Counted from the stretch's first letter, positions 8,543 to 18,909 are shown. The stretch: 64,000 nucleotides of DNA from an uncultured Oscillibacter sp. (GCF_947654275.1 NZ_CANTJS010000003.1:46835-110834); one strand, 5' to 3'. The notes: a model not told the origin generated them from the sequence alone. Numbers and translations are program-made.

Positions 8543-8794
8543 GTGGAATGGTCTGTTCTGGAACGTCTGATGGCTCAGGCGATTGGGTATGAAGTAATCA
8601 AGTTCTTAAAAGAGGAGGGGCGTCTGGAGGCGCTTTTCCAGACAGCGGAATCGGAGGCCGTGCAGGCGTTGGAGGAAATACGCCGGGTTTTAGATGATGA
8701 TACGGCGGAGGACCCGAACTGTTTCTGGCGGATCGAGCGGATTGTAACCGAATTTGAATCCAGAGGACTTGGAACAGCGCGGCATGATTGGTGA
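8543..8794 (+). CDS. small helical hypothetical protein
   Basis: GTG start after GGAGGGGGTG; 83 aa; divergent from the XRE gene. Confidence 0.7.
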   Translation: MEWSVLERLMAQAIGYEVIKFLKEEGRLEALFQTAESEAVQALEEIRRVLDDDTAEDPNCFWRIERIVTEFESRGLGTARHDW

Positions 8795-8918
8795 GGCTGA
8801 AAAATCTCCAAATCCGCAGCATGTTCATTCCGCCGGGACGCATCAAGGAAATGACGGGATGGGGAGAGGGCGGTGTCAAATAGCAATCAGACTGCGAAAA
8901 TCCACGCCGCCGGAAATC

Positions 8919-8953
8919 AAAAACCCGCCCGCCGGAGCTCCGGCGGGCGGGTT
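8919..8953 (-). terminator. gap terminator
   Basis: AAAAACCCGCCCGCCGG-AGCT-CCGGCGGGCGGGTT. Confidence 0.85.
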
Positions 8954-8963
8954 GGCTTGTGAA

Positions 8964-9986
<1,023 letters not shown>

Positions 9987-10022
9987 TTACTCCTTTCAAT
10001 ACTCGGGCACGTGAGCGTGCCG

Positions 10023-10094
10023 TATAAACGATTGCGTAAGCGTTTCTCTGCTGTTTTCATGGGATATCGTACCACGCTGTGAAGTTTTTGGCAA
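10023..10094 (-). promoter_or_regulatory. gap promoter with two LacI-type operator-like sites in the early leader
   Basis: TTGCCA (10089-94)-N17-TACGAT (10066-71); CG-centred dyads TAAACGATTG and GTAAGCGTTTC at 10025-10046. Confidence 0.55.
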
Positions 10095-10288
10095 TTGTCA
10101 TTTCAAATAACAATCAGCGGCCCCGATTGTGAAAATTTTATAATAAATCCTTAAAAATTTGCGTGGTTTTCTCCGCCGTGAAGGGGAAAAGGCCGGAAAA
10201 GACCTTGACGGATGTTCCGTGCTGTCCTATACTTGTAAAGACACTCGAATTACGCAACAAATTTATAGTTACGCAAAGGGCAGACAGC

Positions 10289-11296
10289 ATGAAAGTAACC
10301 ATCAGCGACGTGGCCCGGCTGGCAGGAGTTTCCACTGCCACCGTCTCCCACACCATTAACAATACGCGGTATGTCTCCGCCGAAACCAAGGACCGGGTCT
10401 ACCGCGCCATTGCGGAACTGGGCTATACGCCGGACGCCTCCGCCCGGAGCTTCCGCACCGGCAAGAAGAAAACCATCGGCTTCATTGTGCCGGACATCTC
10501 CAACAAGTTTTTCGCCACCATGATTGAGTCCGTGGAGACCTGCCTTTCCGCCCAGGGCTACCACCTGATTATTGCCAACACCAAAGAGAGCATGGAGCGG
10601 GAGGAGAGCAGCATCCGCATCCTCACGGCGGGTCTGGTGGACGGGCTGCTGGTGGCCAGCACCATGGAGAGCTTTGAGCGGCTGGACAGGCTGGTGCCCG
10701 CCGGGTTCCCGGTGGTGCTGGTGGACCGGACCTTTGAGGAAAAAAAGTATGCGTCCGTCTGCGTCTCCAATTTTCAGCCTATTTACCGCAGCGTCTGCCG
10801 CCTGGCGGCCAGGGGCTGCCGCAGGGTGGGCATCATCGGCGGCATTCCCCGGCTGTCCACCACCAGGGAGCGGATTTCCGCCTACAGAGAGGCGGCGGCG
10901 GACTGCGGGCTGACCATGGACCCCGGCCTGATTCAGTACGGGGATTCCATGGAAGCCGGGGCCCCCCGCTGTCTGGACGCCCTGCTGGAGCAGAACTGCG
11001 ACGGCATTGTCATCTGTCAGGGTCTGATGGCGTCGGTGTCCCTGTCCTATCTGCGGAAAAAGGGCCTGCTGCCGGGACGGGACCTGTCTCTGGTCAGCTT
11101 CGTAGATTATAATATCCAATCTTACGATCTTTATTATGACCAGGTGGACCGCATTATCCAGCCCGTGGAGGAGCTGGGCCGGACGGCGGGGGAACAGATT
11201 CTCCGCCGCATCGAGAAGCCGGACGCACCGGTGCTGGAACGGGTGCTGACGTCGGAATACCGGCCCTGCGGGGAGGGCGAAGCCGGCCAACCGTAA
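10289..11296 (+). CDS. LacI family transcriptional regulator
   Basis: VTISDVARLAGVSTATVSH HTH plus sugar-binding domain; promoter TTGACG-N17-TATACT at 10205-10233. Confidence 0.95.
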   Translation: MKVTISDVARLAGVSTATVSHTINNTRYVSAETKDRVYRAIAELGYTPDASARSFRTGKKKTIGFIVPDISNKFFATMIESVETCLSAQGYHLIIANTKESMEREESSIRILTAGLVDGLLVASTMESFERLDRLVPAGFPVVLVDRTFEEKKYASVCVSNFQPIYRSVCRLAARGCRRVGIIGGIPRLSTTRERISAYREAAADCGLTMDPGLIQYGDSMEAGAPRCLDALLEQNCDGIVICQGLMASVSLSYLRKKGLLPGRDLSLVSFVDYNIQSYDLYYDQVDRIIQPVEELGRTAGEQILRRIEKPDAPVLERVLTSEYRPCGEGEAGQP

Positions 11297-11322
11297 GCCA
11301 TTTGCAAAAAGCCGCTGGAACA

Positions 11323-11670
11323 TCAGGGTTCCGGCGGTTTTTTCCTGTTCCTCAGATAGTTTTTCAGCACCAGCAGGATGCTGCTTTTTTCCTCCTTCGA
11401 CAGGGTTCGGTAATCCCGGACCAGGGCCGTCTCCTCGCGGGACAGCTCCAGATCCTCCGGGAGGCGGCGGTCCGCCGCCGGGGCGCGGCCCACCAAATCG
11501 TCCAGGCTTACCCCAAAATAATCCGCCAGTTTTACAAGGGCGGCAATGTCCGGCTCCACGTTATGGTTTTCATATTTGTTGATGGACTGCTGACTGGTCC
11601 CGATTACATCCGCAAGCTGCTGCTGGCTGACGCCCATTCTCAGCCGCAGCTTCCGCAGATTTTTTACCAC
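11323..11670 (-). CDS. XRE family HTH regulator
   Basis: GTG start; LRKLR...VSQQQLADVIGTSQQSINKYENHNVEPDI...YFGVSLDDLVGR. Confidence 0.9.
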   Translation of the reverse strand: MVKNLRKLRLRMGVSQQQLADVIGTSQQSINKYENHNVEPDIAALVKLADYFGVSLDDLVGRAPAADRRLPEDLELSREETALVRDYRTLSKEEKSSILLVLKNYLRNRKKPPEP

Positions 11671-11694
11671 GTGAATCACCCCGGAAATATCATA

Positions 11695-11770
11695 ACAACC
11701 AAAGGGTGTAAAATATAAATCCCTTTTGTTGTTAAATGGGCTTGAAAACAACTTATAGTTGTGCTATAGT
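11695..11770 (+). promoter_or_regulatory. promoter with ACAAC-N5-GTTGT operator dyads
   Basis: TTGAAA (11742-47)-N17-TATAGT (11765-70); a perfect dyad at 11748-62 and a near copy, ACAACCAAAGGGTGT, at 11695-11709. Confidence 0.65.
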
Positions 11771-11839
11771 AGTGTGCATTCCACCGAAGCCTTGCGGCGA
11801 AAAGGTGAAATCTAAAAATGGGAAGAAGGAGCGCATAAA

Positions 11840-12724
11840 ATGGGAGGACTGCTGACCTTGACCGGGGCCGCCGGCGTTATCGGGTATTTGATCTGGCTGG
11901 TTGTCCGCATCCGAAACTGGGAATCCAAGGTTCCGCCGGTGGTTGGGATGCTGCTGAGCGTGGTTATGCTTTCAGGCGGGCTGATGTGGGGGGCGGAAAC
12001 AGAACCGCCGGCAGAGCGGAGACCAGCCAGTGAAAGCTCGGAGCCGGCAGAGAACAAAGAGGACGCGCCGACGGCAGAGGACGTGCCGGAAAAGGAGGAT
12101 GTGCCGGCGGTGGTGGACGCGCCAGTGAAGGAAGAGGACGCGCCGGCAAAGGAGGATGTGCCGGCGGTGGTGGACGTGCCGGTGAAGGAGGAGGCCATTG
12201 AGTGCCAAACCCATGAAATCCCCTTCTTTGGCATTGCGTTTGACTGCCCCGTGGCTTTCGGCACGGAGGGGGAAGCCAAGGTGGTTGCGGAAGATGAAGT
12301 AAGTTATGGTATAAGTACCGAGGACAGCGCTGTTGTATTGATGTGTTCTCGGATATCTTCTTTGAGCAGGGCTGAGGAAATCGTTCGTTTGGCGGGAAAA
12401 GATACTGCTATTTTGTATGAAGATTTTGAAACTCTGGACCTGGCAGACGAAATTACCAGCTGGAGTGAGATGTATCAGACATTTGATTTGCTGGACAGCT
12501 TTTCCACGCCTGAAAGTTATGGTTTTTCCTATATCGCGGCATACGATTTCTTTGGGGAACTCGATACGGAGATGGGATACAGATATAAAAACTATGGAGG
12601 CTTTGTGGATGATGGCGGCATTATAAAGTTGGTCTTGGTAATCTCTGTGCCCGAGGATACGGCCCAGGAGGAGTTTTTTACCCTCTGTGAAACCGTCACC
12701 AATTCCATACGCTTTTCCGAATAA
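11840..12724 (+). CDS. membrane-anchored hypothetical protein with an acidic repeat linker
   Basis: Two N-terminal TM segments, a 57-bp-period repeat encoding EDVPAVVD(A/V)PVKEE, and an AT-richer C-terminal domain. Confidence 0.75.
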   Translation: MGGLLTLTGAAGVIGYLIWLVVRIRNWESKVPPVVGMLLSVVMLSGGLMWGAETEPPAERRPASESSEPAENKEDAPTAEDVPEKEDVPAVVDAPVKEEDAPAKEDVPAVVDVPVKEEAIECQTHEIPFFGIAFDCPVAFGTEGEAKVVAEDEVSYGISTEDSAVVLMCSRISSLSRAEEIVRLAGKDTAILYEDFETLDLADEITSWSEMYQTFDLLDSFSTPESYGFSYIAAYDFFGELDTEMGYRYKNYGGFVDDGGIIKLVLVISVPEDTAQEEFFTLCETVTNSIRFSE

Positions 12725-12758
12725 AAGGCCGGCGGTCATGGCCGCCATGAAATGCGCA

Positions 12759-12790
12759 AAACGGGCGGAGCCTTTCGGCTCCGCCTGTTG
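12759..12790. terminator. terminator between convergent genes
   Basis: AAAACGGGCGGAGCC-TTTC-GGCTCCGCCTGTT. Confidence 0.75.
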
Positions 12791-12798
12791 CTATGCGC

Positions 12799-12954
12799 TT
12801 ATTCCTTTTCGAATACGTCCTTGCCCATCTCGCAGGTGGGGCAGACCCAATCCTCGGGAACCTGCTCCCAGGGAGTACCGGGGGCAACGCCGTTGTCGGG
12901 ATCGCCCACGGCGGGATCATAGACGTAGCCGCAGGGGCATACATACTTGTCCAT
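12799..12954 (-). CDS. rubredoxin
   Basis: [41 protein letters not shown], 51 aa. Confidence 0.93.
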   Translation of the reverse strand: MDKYVCPCGYVYDPAVGDPDNGVAPGTPWEQVPEDWVCPTCEMGKDVFEKE

Positions 12955-13078
12955 ATCGTCCTCACAATCTTCGTATCGGTCGCCTTTGCGCAAGCATAAA
13001 GGCGCATTCACTTCGATGCTCGTCCTCTCCCAAACGCAAACGCCTTGCTGGCTTGCATTTGGATTTCCGTCGGTTGAA

Positions 13079-13624
13079 TCAGCCGAAATACCGCTCCAGC
13101 AGACCCTTGAACGCCTTGCCGTGGCGGGCCTCGTCCCGGGCCATCTCATGGACGGTGTCGTGGATGGCGTCCAGACCCAGCTCCTTGGCCTTCTTGGCAA
13201 TGGCCATCTTGCCGGCGGTAGCGCCGTTCTCGGCCTCAACCCGCATTTCCAAGTTCTTCTTGGTGGAATCGGTCACAACCTCGCCCAGCAGCTCCGCGAA
13301 CTTGGCGGCGTGCTCGGCCTCCTCATAGGCGGCCTTCTCCCAGTACAGGCCGATCTCGGGATAGCCCTCCCGGAAGGCGACCCGGGCCATAGCCAGATAC
13401 ATGCCTACCTCGGAGCATTCGCCTTCGAAATTGGCGCGCAGGCCGTCCAGAATCTCCTGGTCCACGCCCTTGGCCACGCCCACCACGTGCTCGGCGGCCC
13501 AGGTCAGCTCGCCGCTCTTCTGCTCGGTGAACTTAGAGGCGGGAACACCGCACTGGGGGCACTTCTCGGGGGGATTCTCGCCCTCGAACACATAACCGCA
13601 TACCTGGCAAACCCACTTTTTCAT
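13079..13624 (-). CDS. reverse rubrerythrin / NADH peroxidase
   Basis: N-terminal CQVC...CPQC rubredoxin-like site followed by a diiron domain (EEAEHA, DEARHG). Confidence 0.92.
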   Translation of the reverse strand: MKKWVCQVCGYVFEGENPPEKCPQCGVPASKFTEQKSGELTWAAEHVVGVAKGVDQEILDGLRANFEGECSEVGMYLAMARVAFREGYPEIGLYWEKAAYEEAEHAAKFAELLGEVVTDSTKKNLEMRVEAENGATAGKMAIAKKAKELGLDAIHDTVHEMARDEARHGKAFKGLLERYFG

Positions 13625-13799
13625 ATAGATGATCCTCCTTAAAATTTAAAAAACCGACTCATCGGATTTTGGGATTTTTTCCCTGTTTGCTGAACTGGTA
13701 TCAGTATAACAGGAAGTCCGGGAAACTGCTAGTTGCAAATGCGACATTTTGAAAAAATACGCGAGATTTCACCGTTTGTTCAAACTTTCGGAAAAGCGC

Positions 13800-14051
13800 T
13801 TGCATTTTCTGGATGTATCGGGTAAAATAGGAAGCGGAAACATAAAATGCGGCAGGCCGCAGGGTGGTAGCAACACCCCGCGGCCCTGTACGAGTGAACG
13901 GGCACTCAGCACAGCAATGATGAATTGCACCACGGGCCTATTATATCCATTCCGCCGGATTTTTGCAAGTGCAAGTGGGGGATGGGTTTTAAGGCCGTGC
14001 GTTCGCATGGATTTTAAGCGGCGCTGGGTTACAAAACTCGGCGCCGCTTTT
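13800..14051 (+). ncRNA. candidate non-coding RNA with an overlapping antisense promoter
   Basis: Plus-strand promoter TTGCAT-N17-TAAAAT (13800-28), several hairpins and a terminator at 14016-14051. Minus-strand promoter TTGCAA-N17-TATAAT at 13968-13940. No credible ORF. Confidence 0.45.
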
Positions 14052-14163
14052 GTGTTTCCGGCGGACGCCGGCCGGGTGGGGAGTTTTTGCCTCCTGAGCT
14101 GTTCCCTTCCCTGTCTGGCCGGGGTCCCGTTCGCCGGAAATTTTGAGGAAAAGAGGAAAAAGT

Positions 14164-15306
14164 ATGAAAAAAGTCGTGGCATTTTTCATGGCGTTAGTCC
14201 TGTGTGTGGGGCTGGCTGTTCCCGTTTTAGCAGACGAGCCGGGGCCTATGATGCTGACAGCGGATGGGGTCGGACTTGGTAAGGGGACCGCCTTACTCTG
14301 GCCAGGTGCTCCGCAAAGTGGAAACGGCTGGAGCTGGAGCGGGAGCAAACTGACGCTGAACGGGTTTACCGGAAATTTCCTCGCGGGCGCACCCACGCAG
14401 GATATGGTGATTGAGTTGGCGAACGGCAGCAAGAACTTTCTTCATCGGATGTCCTTTTACGGGGACAGGCGCGAAGGCTTAAATTATGAATCCCACAGCA
14501 TCACATTTGAGGGCGGCGGCCAATTGGAGCTCTCACCCGATGGGGCTCTGGATAAGCCCCTATCCTATGGCCGGGGGATCACGCTTGCCCTTCGAGATGG
14601 TCTGGTCCTGACGGGCGGAGAGGAAGCCGGGGACAGCTATCCCCTCACGCTGCTGTCCGGAGAAGAGGAGTATTTTGATGATACGGGCTCTGGTATGATT
14701 TACGACGGATATCCGGCTTATGAGCAGGAGAACTCTTATGACCAAAGCCTTTATTTTCGTCAGGCTTGTTATGTGCGCATAGCGCCCGGCCCCGGGGCGG
14801 AAGTTTCTGAGCCCCCGGCGGTCTCCGCCGCCTCCGCCGGCTTCACCGACGTCCCCGCCGATTCCCCCTTCAGGGCCGCCATTGACTGGGCGGTGAAGCA
14901 GGACATCACCAAGGGCAAAACTGCATCCTCCTTCGGCCCCGGGGACACCTGCACCATCTCCCATATCCTGACCTTCCTGTACCGGGCGGAGAACGGAGCG
15001 GGCAATGAGAACGAACGGGCTGCTGTCGGCGCGTGGGCCAATTCCCTGAACCTTGACGACGGGGATCTCGGATTTCCCTGCACCCGCGCCATAGCGGTGG
15101 TGCTCATGTGGATAGCGGCGGGCAGGCCCGCTCCCACAAAATCCGCCGTGTTCGCGGATGTCCCTTCCGGCGCAAACTACGCGCAGGCGGTTTCCTGGGC
15201 GGTGGAACAGGGTATTACCAAAGGAACGACCCCGACCACCTTTTCCCCTGACAAAACCTGTACCCGGGGCCAGATTGTCACCTTCCTCTACCGCGCCAGC
15301 AAATAA
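14164..15306 (+). CDS. secreted S-layer homology (SLH) domain protein
   Basis: Signal peptide MKKVVAFFMALVLCVGLAVPVLA; C-terminal SLH motifs FTDVP...AIDWAV...ITKG and FADVP...TRGQIVTFLYR. Confidence 0.88.
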   Translation: MKKVVAFFMALVLCVGLAVPVLADEPGPMMLTADGVGLGKGTALLWPGAPQSGNGWSWSGSKLTLNGFTGNFLAGAPTQDMVIELANGSKNFLHRMSFYGDRREGLNYESHSITFEGGGQLELSPDGALDKPLSYGRGITLALRDGLVLTGGEEAGDSYPLTLLSGEEEYFDDTGSGMIYDGYPAYEQENSYDQSLYFRQACYVRIAPGPGAEVSEPPAVSAASAGFTDVPADSPFRAAIDWAVKQDITKGKTASSFGPGDTCTISHILTFLYRAENGAGNENERAAVGAWANSLNLDDGDLGFPCTRAIAVVLMWIAAGRPAPTKSAVFADVPSGANYAQAVSWAVEQGITKGTTPTTFSPDKTCTRGQIVTFLYRASK

Positions 15307-15309
15307 CTC

Positions 15310-15344
15310 GAAAAAGGACCCGCTCCTCCTGGGAGCGGGTCCTT
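15310..15344. terminator. terminator
   Basis: AAAAAGGACCCGCTCC-TCCT-GGGAGCGGGTCCTTT. Confidence 0.8.
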
Positions 15345-15413
15345 TGCTGAAGCCTGGGCGCAAGGCCTTTTCAAAGGGCCTGGGTCGTCCGGGGAAAGAA
15401 CCCCTGGGGACGC

Positions 15414-17483
15414 TTATTGCTCCGCCATGGCCTTGGCCTCGGCAATGGCCTTCGCCTGGGCGTCGGGCGGGCAGTCCTGATAGCGGACGAAGTGGAAGGT
15501 GAAGGAGCCCCGGCTCTGGGTCATGGCCCGGAGATCAATGGCGTAGCTGCCCATCTCGGCCATGGGGACCTCGGCGGTGATCAGCTGGGTGCCGTCGCCC
15601 AGGGGGTCCATGCCCATGGGGGTGCCCCGGCGCTTGGAGACGTCGCCCATGACCGCGCCGGCGTAGCTCTCGGGCACGGTGACCTTCAGCTCGCCGATGG
15701 GCTCCAGCAGCACGGGGTTGGCCTCGGGCATGGCGGCCTTGTAGGCCAGCTGGGCGGCGGTCTTGAAGGCGATTTCGGAGGAGTCCACCGGGTGATAGGA
15801 GCCGTCGTACAGAACGGCCTTCAGGTTCACCAGGGGATAGCCGGCCAGAGGACCGTGGAGGCAGGCCTCCCGGAGGCCCTTCTCAACAGCCGGGAAGAAG
15901 TTCCGGGGCACGGAGCCGCCGAAGACCTCCTCGGCGAAGACCATGTCCTCCTGCTCGGGGTTGTACTCGAAGCGGACCCACACGTCGCCGAACTGGCCGC
16001 TGCCGCCGGTCTGCTTCTTGTGGCGGCCCTGCTTCTGGACGGTCTTGCGGATTTTCTCACGGTAGGGGACACGGGTAGGCTTCAGCTCGGATTCCACGTT
16101 GAAGCGGCTTTTCAGCTTGCTCACCAGCACGTCCATCTGCATGTCGCCGGCGCCGGAAATCACCATCTGGCGGGTTTCGGCGTTGTTGGTCACGGTAAAG
16201 GTGGGGTCCTCCTCGTTGAGGCGGGAGAGACCCTGGGCAATCTTGTCCTCCTGGCCCCGGGTCTTGGGGACGATGGCCACGGAGTAGCAGGGCTCGGCAA
16301 AGGGAATGGGCTTGAGGGTGACGACCTTCCGCTCGTCGCAGAGGGTGTCCCCGGTCTTGATGTCCATTTTGGCAATGGCGCCGATGTCGCCGCAGACCAG
16401 TTCCTTGACCTCGGTGTTTTTCTTGCCCCGGATGGTGTAGAGCCGGCCCAGCTTCACCTTGTCGCCGGTGCGGGCGTTGACCATGGGCATGTCCGGCGTA
16501 ATGGCGCCGGAGAGCACCTTGACAAAGGAGTACTTTCCGTACTGGTCGGAGATGGTTTTGAAAACAAAGGCAGTGGGCACGCCGCCGGGGGAGACCACGA
16601 ACTCCTCGGTCTCGCCGTCGGCCTTGGTGGCCTTGTGGTAGTTGCCTTCCACAGGGTTGGGCAGCAGGTCCACGATGTTGTCCATCAGCATCAGGGAGCC
16701 CAGGCAGTTGATGGCGGAGCCGCAGAGAACGGGGAACAGGCTCAGCTCCCGGACGCCCTGCCGCAGGCCCTGGATCATCTCGGCATAGGTGAAGTCCTCG
16801 CCGCCGAAGAATTTTTCCATCAGCTCCTCGCTGGTCTCCGCCACGGATTCCTTCAGCGCGTCGTTAAACTCGGTGATGACGTCCACTTTATCGGCGGGCA
16901 GCTCAATTTCCACTCTTTTGAGCTTCTGCATCTCATAGGCCCGCTTGTTCAGCACATCAATGATGCCGGTGACTTTTTTGCCGGCGTCCCAGATGGGCAC
17001 CACCACCGGGGCGATTTTCTTGCCGAAGCGCTCCCGCAGGGCATCAAAGGTGGCGTTGTAGTCACTGTTGTCCTCATCGGTTTTGGAGATGTAGATGAAG
17101 CGGGGCATGTTCCGCTCCTCGCAGTATTTCCATGCCTTTTCCAGACCCACGGATATACCGTCCTTGGCGGAGCAGACGATGATGGCGGCGTCGGCGGCCC
17201 GGAGGGCGGCCATGGCCTCGCCGGCGAAGTCAAACGCGCCGGGGGTGTCCATCAGATTGATGCGGCTGCCCTTGTAGTCCAGGGGCGCCACGGAGGCGGA
17301 GAGGGAAATCTGGCGCTTGACCTCCTCGGGGTCATAGTCGCAGACGGTGTTTCCGTCGGCGGCGCGGCCCATCCGGTCAATGGCGCCGGTCATATAAAGA
17401 AGGCTCTCCGCCAGGGCGGTTTTACCGCTGCCGCTGTGGCCCAGCAGACAGACGTTGCGGATGTTCTGTACTGAATAGCTCAT
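15414..17483 (-). CDS. elongation factor G paralog (EF-G2/FusA2-like)
   Basis: GHSGSGKT, DTPGAFDF, domain IV/V motifs KKQTGGSGQFGDV, DGSYHPVDSSE and LLEPI; promoter TTGTAT-N17-TATAAT. Confidence 0.92.
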   Translation of the reverse strand: MSYSVQNIRNVCLLGHSGSGKTALAESLLYMTGAIDRMGRAADGNTVCDYDPEEVKRQISLSASVAPLDYKGSRINLMDTPGAFDFAGEAMAALRAADAAIIVCSAKDGISVGLEKAWKYCEERNMPRFIYISKTDEDNSDYNATFDALRERFGKKIAPVVVPIWDAGKKVTGIIDVLNKRAYEMQKLKRVEIELPADKVDVITEFNDALKESVAETSEELMEKFFGGEDFTYAEMIQGLRQGVRELSLFPVLCGSAINCLGSLMLMDNIVDLLPNPVEGNYHKATKADGETEEFVVSPGGVPTAFVFKTISDQYGKYSFVKVLSGAITPDMPMVNARTGDKVKLGRLYTIRGKKNTEVKELVCGDIGAIAKMDIKTGDTLCDERKVVTLKPIPFAEPCYSVAIVPKTRGQEDKIAQGLSRLNEEDPTFTVTNNAETRQMVISGAGDMQMDVLVSKLKSRFNVESELKPTRVPYREKIRKTVQKQGRHKKQTGGSGQFGDVWVRFEYNPEQEDMVFAEEVFGGSVPRNFFPAVEKGLREACLHGPLAGYPLVNLKAVLYDGSYHPVDSSEIAFKTAAQLAYKAAMPEANPVLLEPIGELKVTVPESYAGAVMGDVSKRRGTPMGMDPLGDGTQLITAEVPMAEMGSYAIDLRAMTQSRGSFTFHFVRYQDCPPDAQAKAIAEAKAMAEQ

Positions 17484-17687
17484 GGTCGTTCCACTCCTTA
17501 TTGTATACTGCACCGTGCGGCGGGGAGCCGCAAGCGTCCAATATATGAATTATACAACGTTCCGCCGCCAAATACAACAGAAATTTTGGCAGGTTACACA
17601 TTTTAAGCGGGAGGTGAGAAAAAGCAAAGGGATTTTCAGCAGTTCTGCCGGAAATCCAAAAAACTTTTTCCATTCCGATAATATGAT

Positions 17688-17715
17688 GGAACTTTTTTCG
17701 TGGCTCCTCCGTCTA
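17688..17715 (+). promoter_or_regulatory. ECF-sigma-type promoter candidate
   Basis: GGAACT-N16-CGTCTA; a related GGAACTTTTTCGCGGC at 18756. Confidence 0.5.
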
Positions 17716-17776
17716 TATAAACGCAAACCCGGAGCCTGCTCCGGCACATGTTTGAAAATTTGGTCGACAGAGGAGA

Positions 17777-18697
17777 ATGAAGATGAAAAAACTGCTGAAA
17801 CAGATCCTGCTTCTGGCGGTCTGCGCCGCCGCACTGTGTCTCACCGCCGCAGCGGTGGAGACCCCCGCGCCCACCCGGGTCTGGGGCCAGGTCTCCCCCT
17901 GGGAAGGCGAGGGAATTCTGCTGAAAAACGACAATCCGGACGACCCCATGAACGAAGTGGTGGTCCACCTGGGAGACGCCCCGGTGGTGGACGCCGTCAC
18001 GGGCCTGCCCCTGGACCCTGAGACCATCAAGGAGGGCGACACCCTGTATGTCTGGGTCAGCCCCGCCATGGCCCTGAGCCTGCCGCCCCAGGCCAGCGCC
18101 ATTGTGGCCGTGGGCAACATTCCCGCGGACGCCGCCGCGCCGGAGTATGTGGAGATTGCCGGTGAGGCCGTGGTCCCCGCTCCCGGCGGAGACGGGGCGG
18201 CCCGCTTCCCCACACGGGACGGCGGGACCCTGGAGGTCACAGAGAAGACCGCTTACAGCCCCTGGCTGACCAGGCAGATTGTGAGCCAGGCGGACCTGAT
18301 TCCCGGCGCCCGGGCGCTGGTCTGGAAGGACGCGGAAGGCAAGGCGGAAAAGGTGCTGGTGTTTGCCTATTCCTATCGGGGCTTCGCCTCCTGCCGGGAG
18401 GACGGAACCGTGCTCTTCAACAACGAGGCCCTGTCTGTCAAAGGTAAGCCGGAGGGCCTGATGCCCGTCCGGGCGGTGGCGGAGGCCGCCGGCTATGACG
18501 TGCGCTGGGACAAGGAGCTGGGCGTGGTGGTGAGCCGGGAGGGCGAGACCGTTCTCACCGCCAAGCCGGGGACGGACACCGTCATGACGGCCCTGGGCGA
18601 GGCGGGCCTCGAGAGCCCCTGCGTCCTGGAGCAGGGCGTGACCTATCTCCCCGCTTCGGACCTCTGCTATTGGCTGAACGTGTATTTTGTCAAATAA
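17777..18697 (+). CDS. secreted protein with a C-terminal copper-amine-oxidase-N-like (stalk) domain
   Basis: Signal peptide; C-terminal LMPVRAVAEAAGYDVRWD...GVTYLP. Confidence 0.75.
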   Translation: MKMKKLLKQILLLAVCAAALCLTAAAVETPAPTRVWGQVSPWEGEGILLKNDNPDDPMNEVVVHLGDAPVVDAVTGLPLDPETIKEGDTLYVWVSPAMALSLPPQASAIVAVGNIPADAAAPEYVEIAGEAVVPAPGGDGAARFPTRDGGTLEVTEKTAYSPWLTRQIVSQADLIPGARALVWKDAEGKAEKVLVFAYSYRGFASCREDGTVLFNNEALSVKGKPEGLMPVRAVAEAAGYDVRWDKELGVVVSREGETVLTAKPGTDTVMTALGEAGLESPCVLEQGVTYLPASDLCYWLNVYFVK

Positions 18698-18909
18698 GAG
18701 CCTGCATTCATAGCCGTGGGATGCTGGATGGGCGGGAAATTTTCCTGTCAGACAAGGAACTTTTTCGCGGCAATCCTGACAGATTCCAAAGGAAATCGAC
18801 GCGGTATGGCGGAAAAAAGCCGTCCAGACAGCGTTCAGCGGTTGTAAATACAGGTTTTGGGCGTATCATTTCCCGGATTCCGGGCAAGCTGTCCAGGAGG
18901 TGAAGGAAG

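Noticed and set aside
13895-13935. c-di-GMP-II riboswitch (GGGCAC, CAATGATG and GTGCAA-like words)
   Set aside because: The elements are in the wrong order and orientation for that aptamer.
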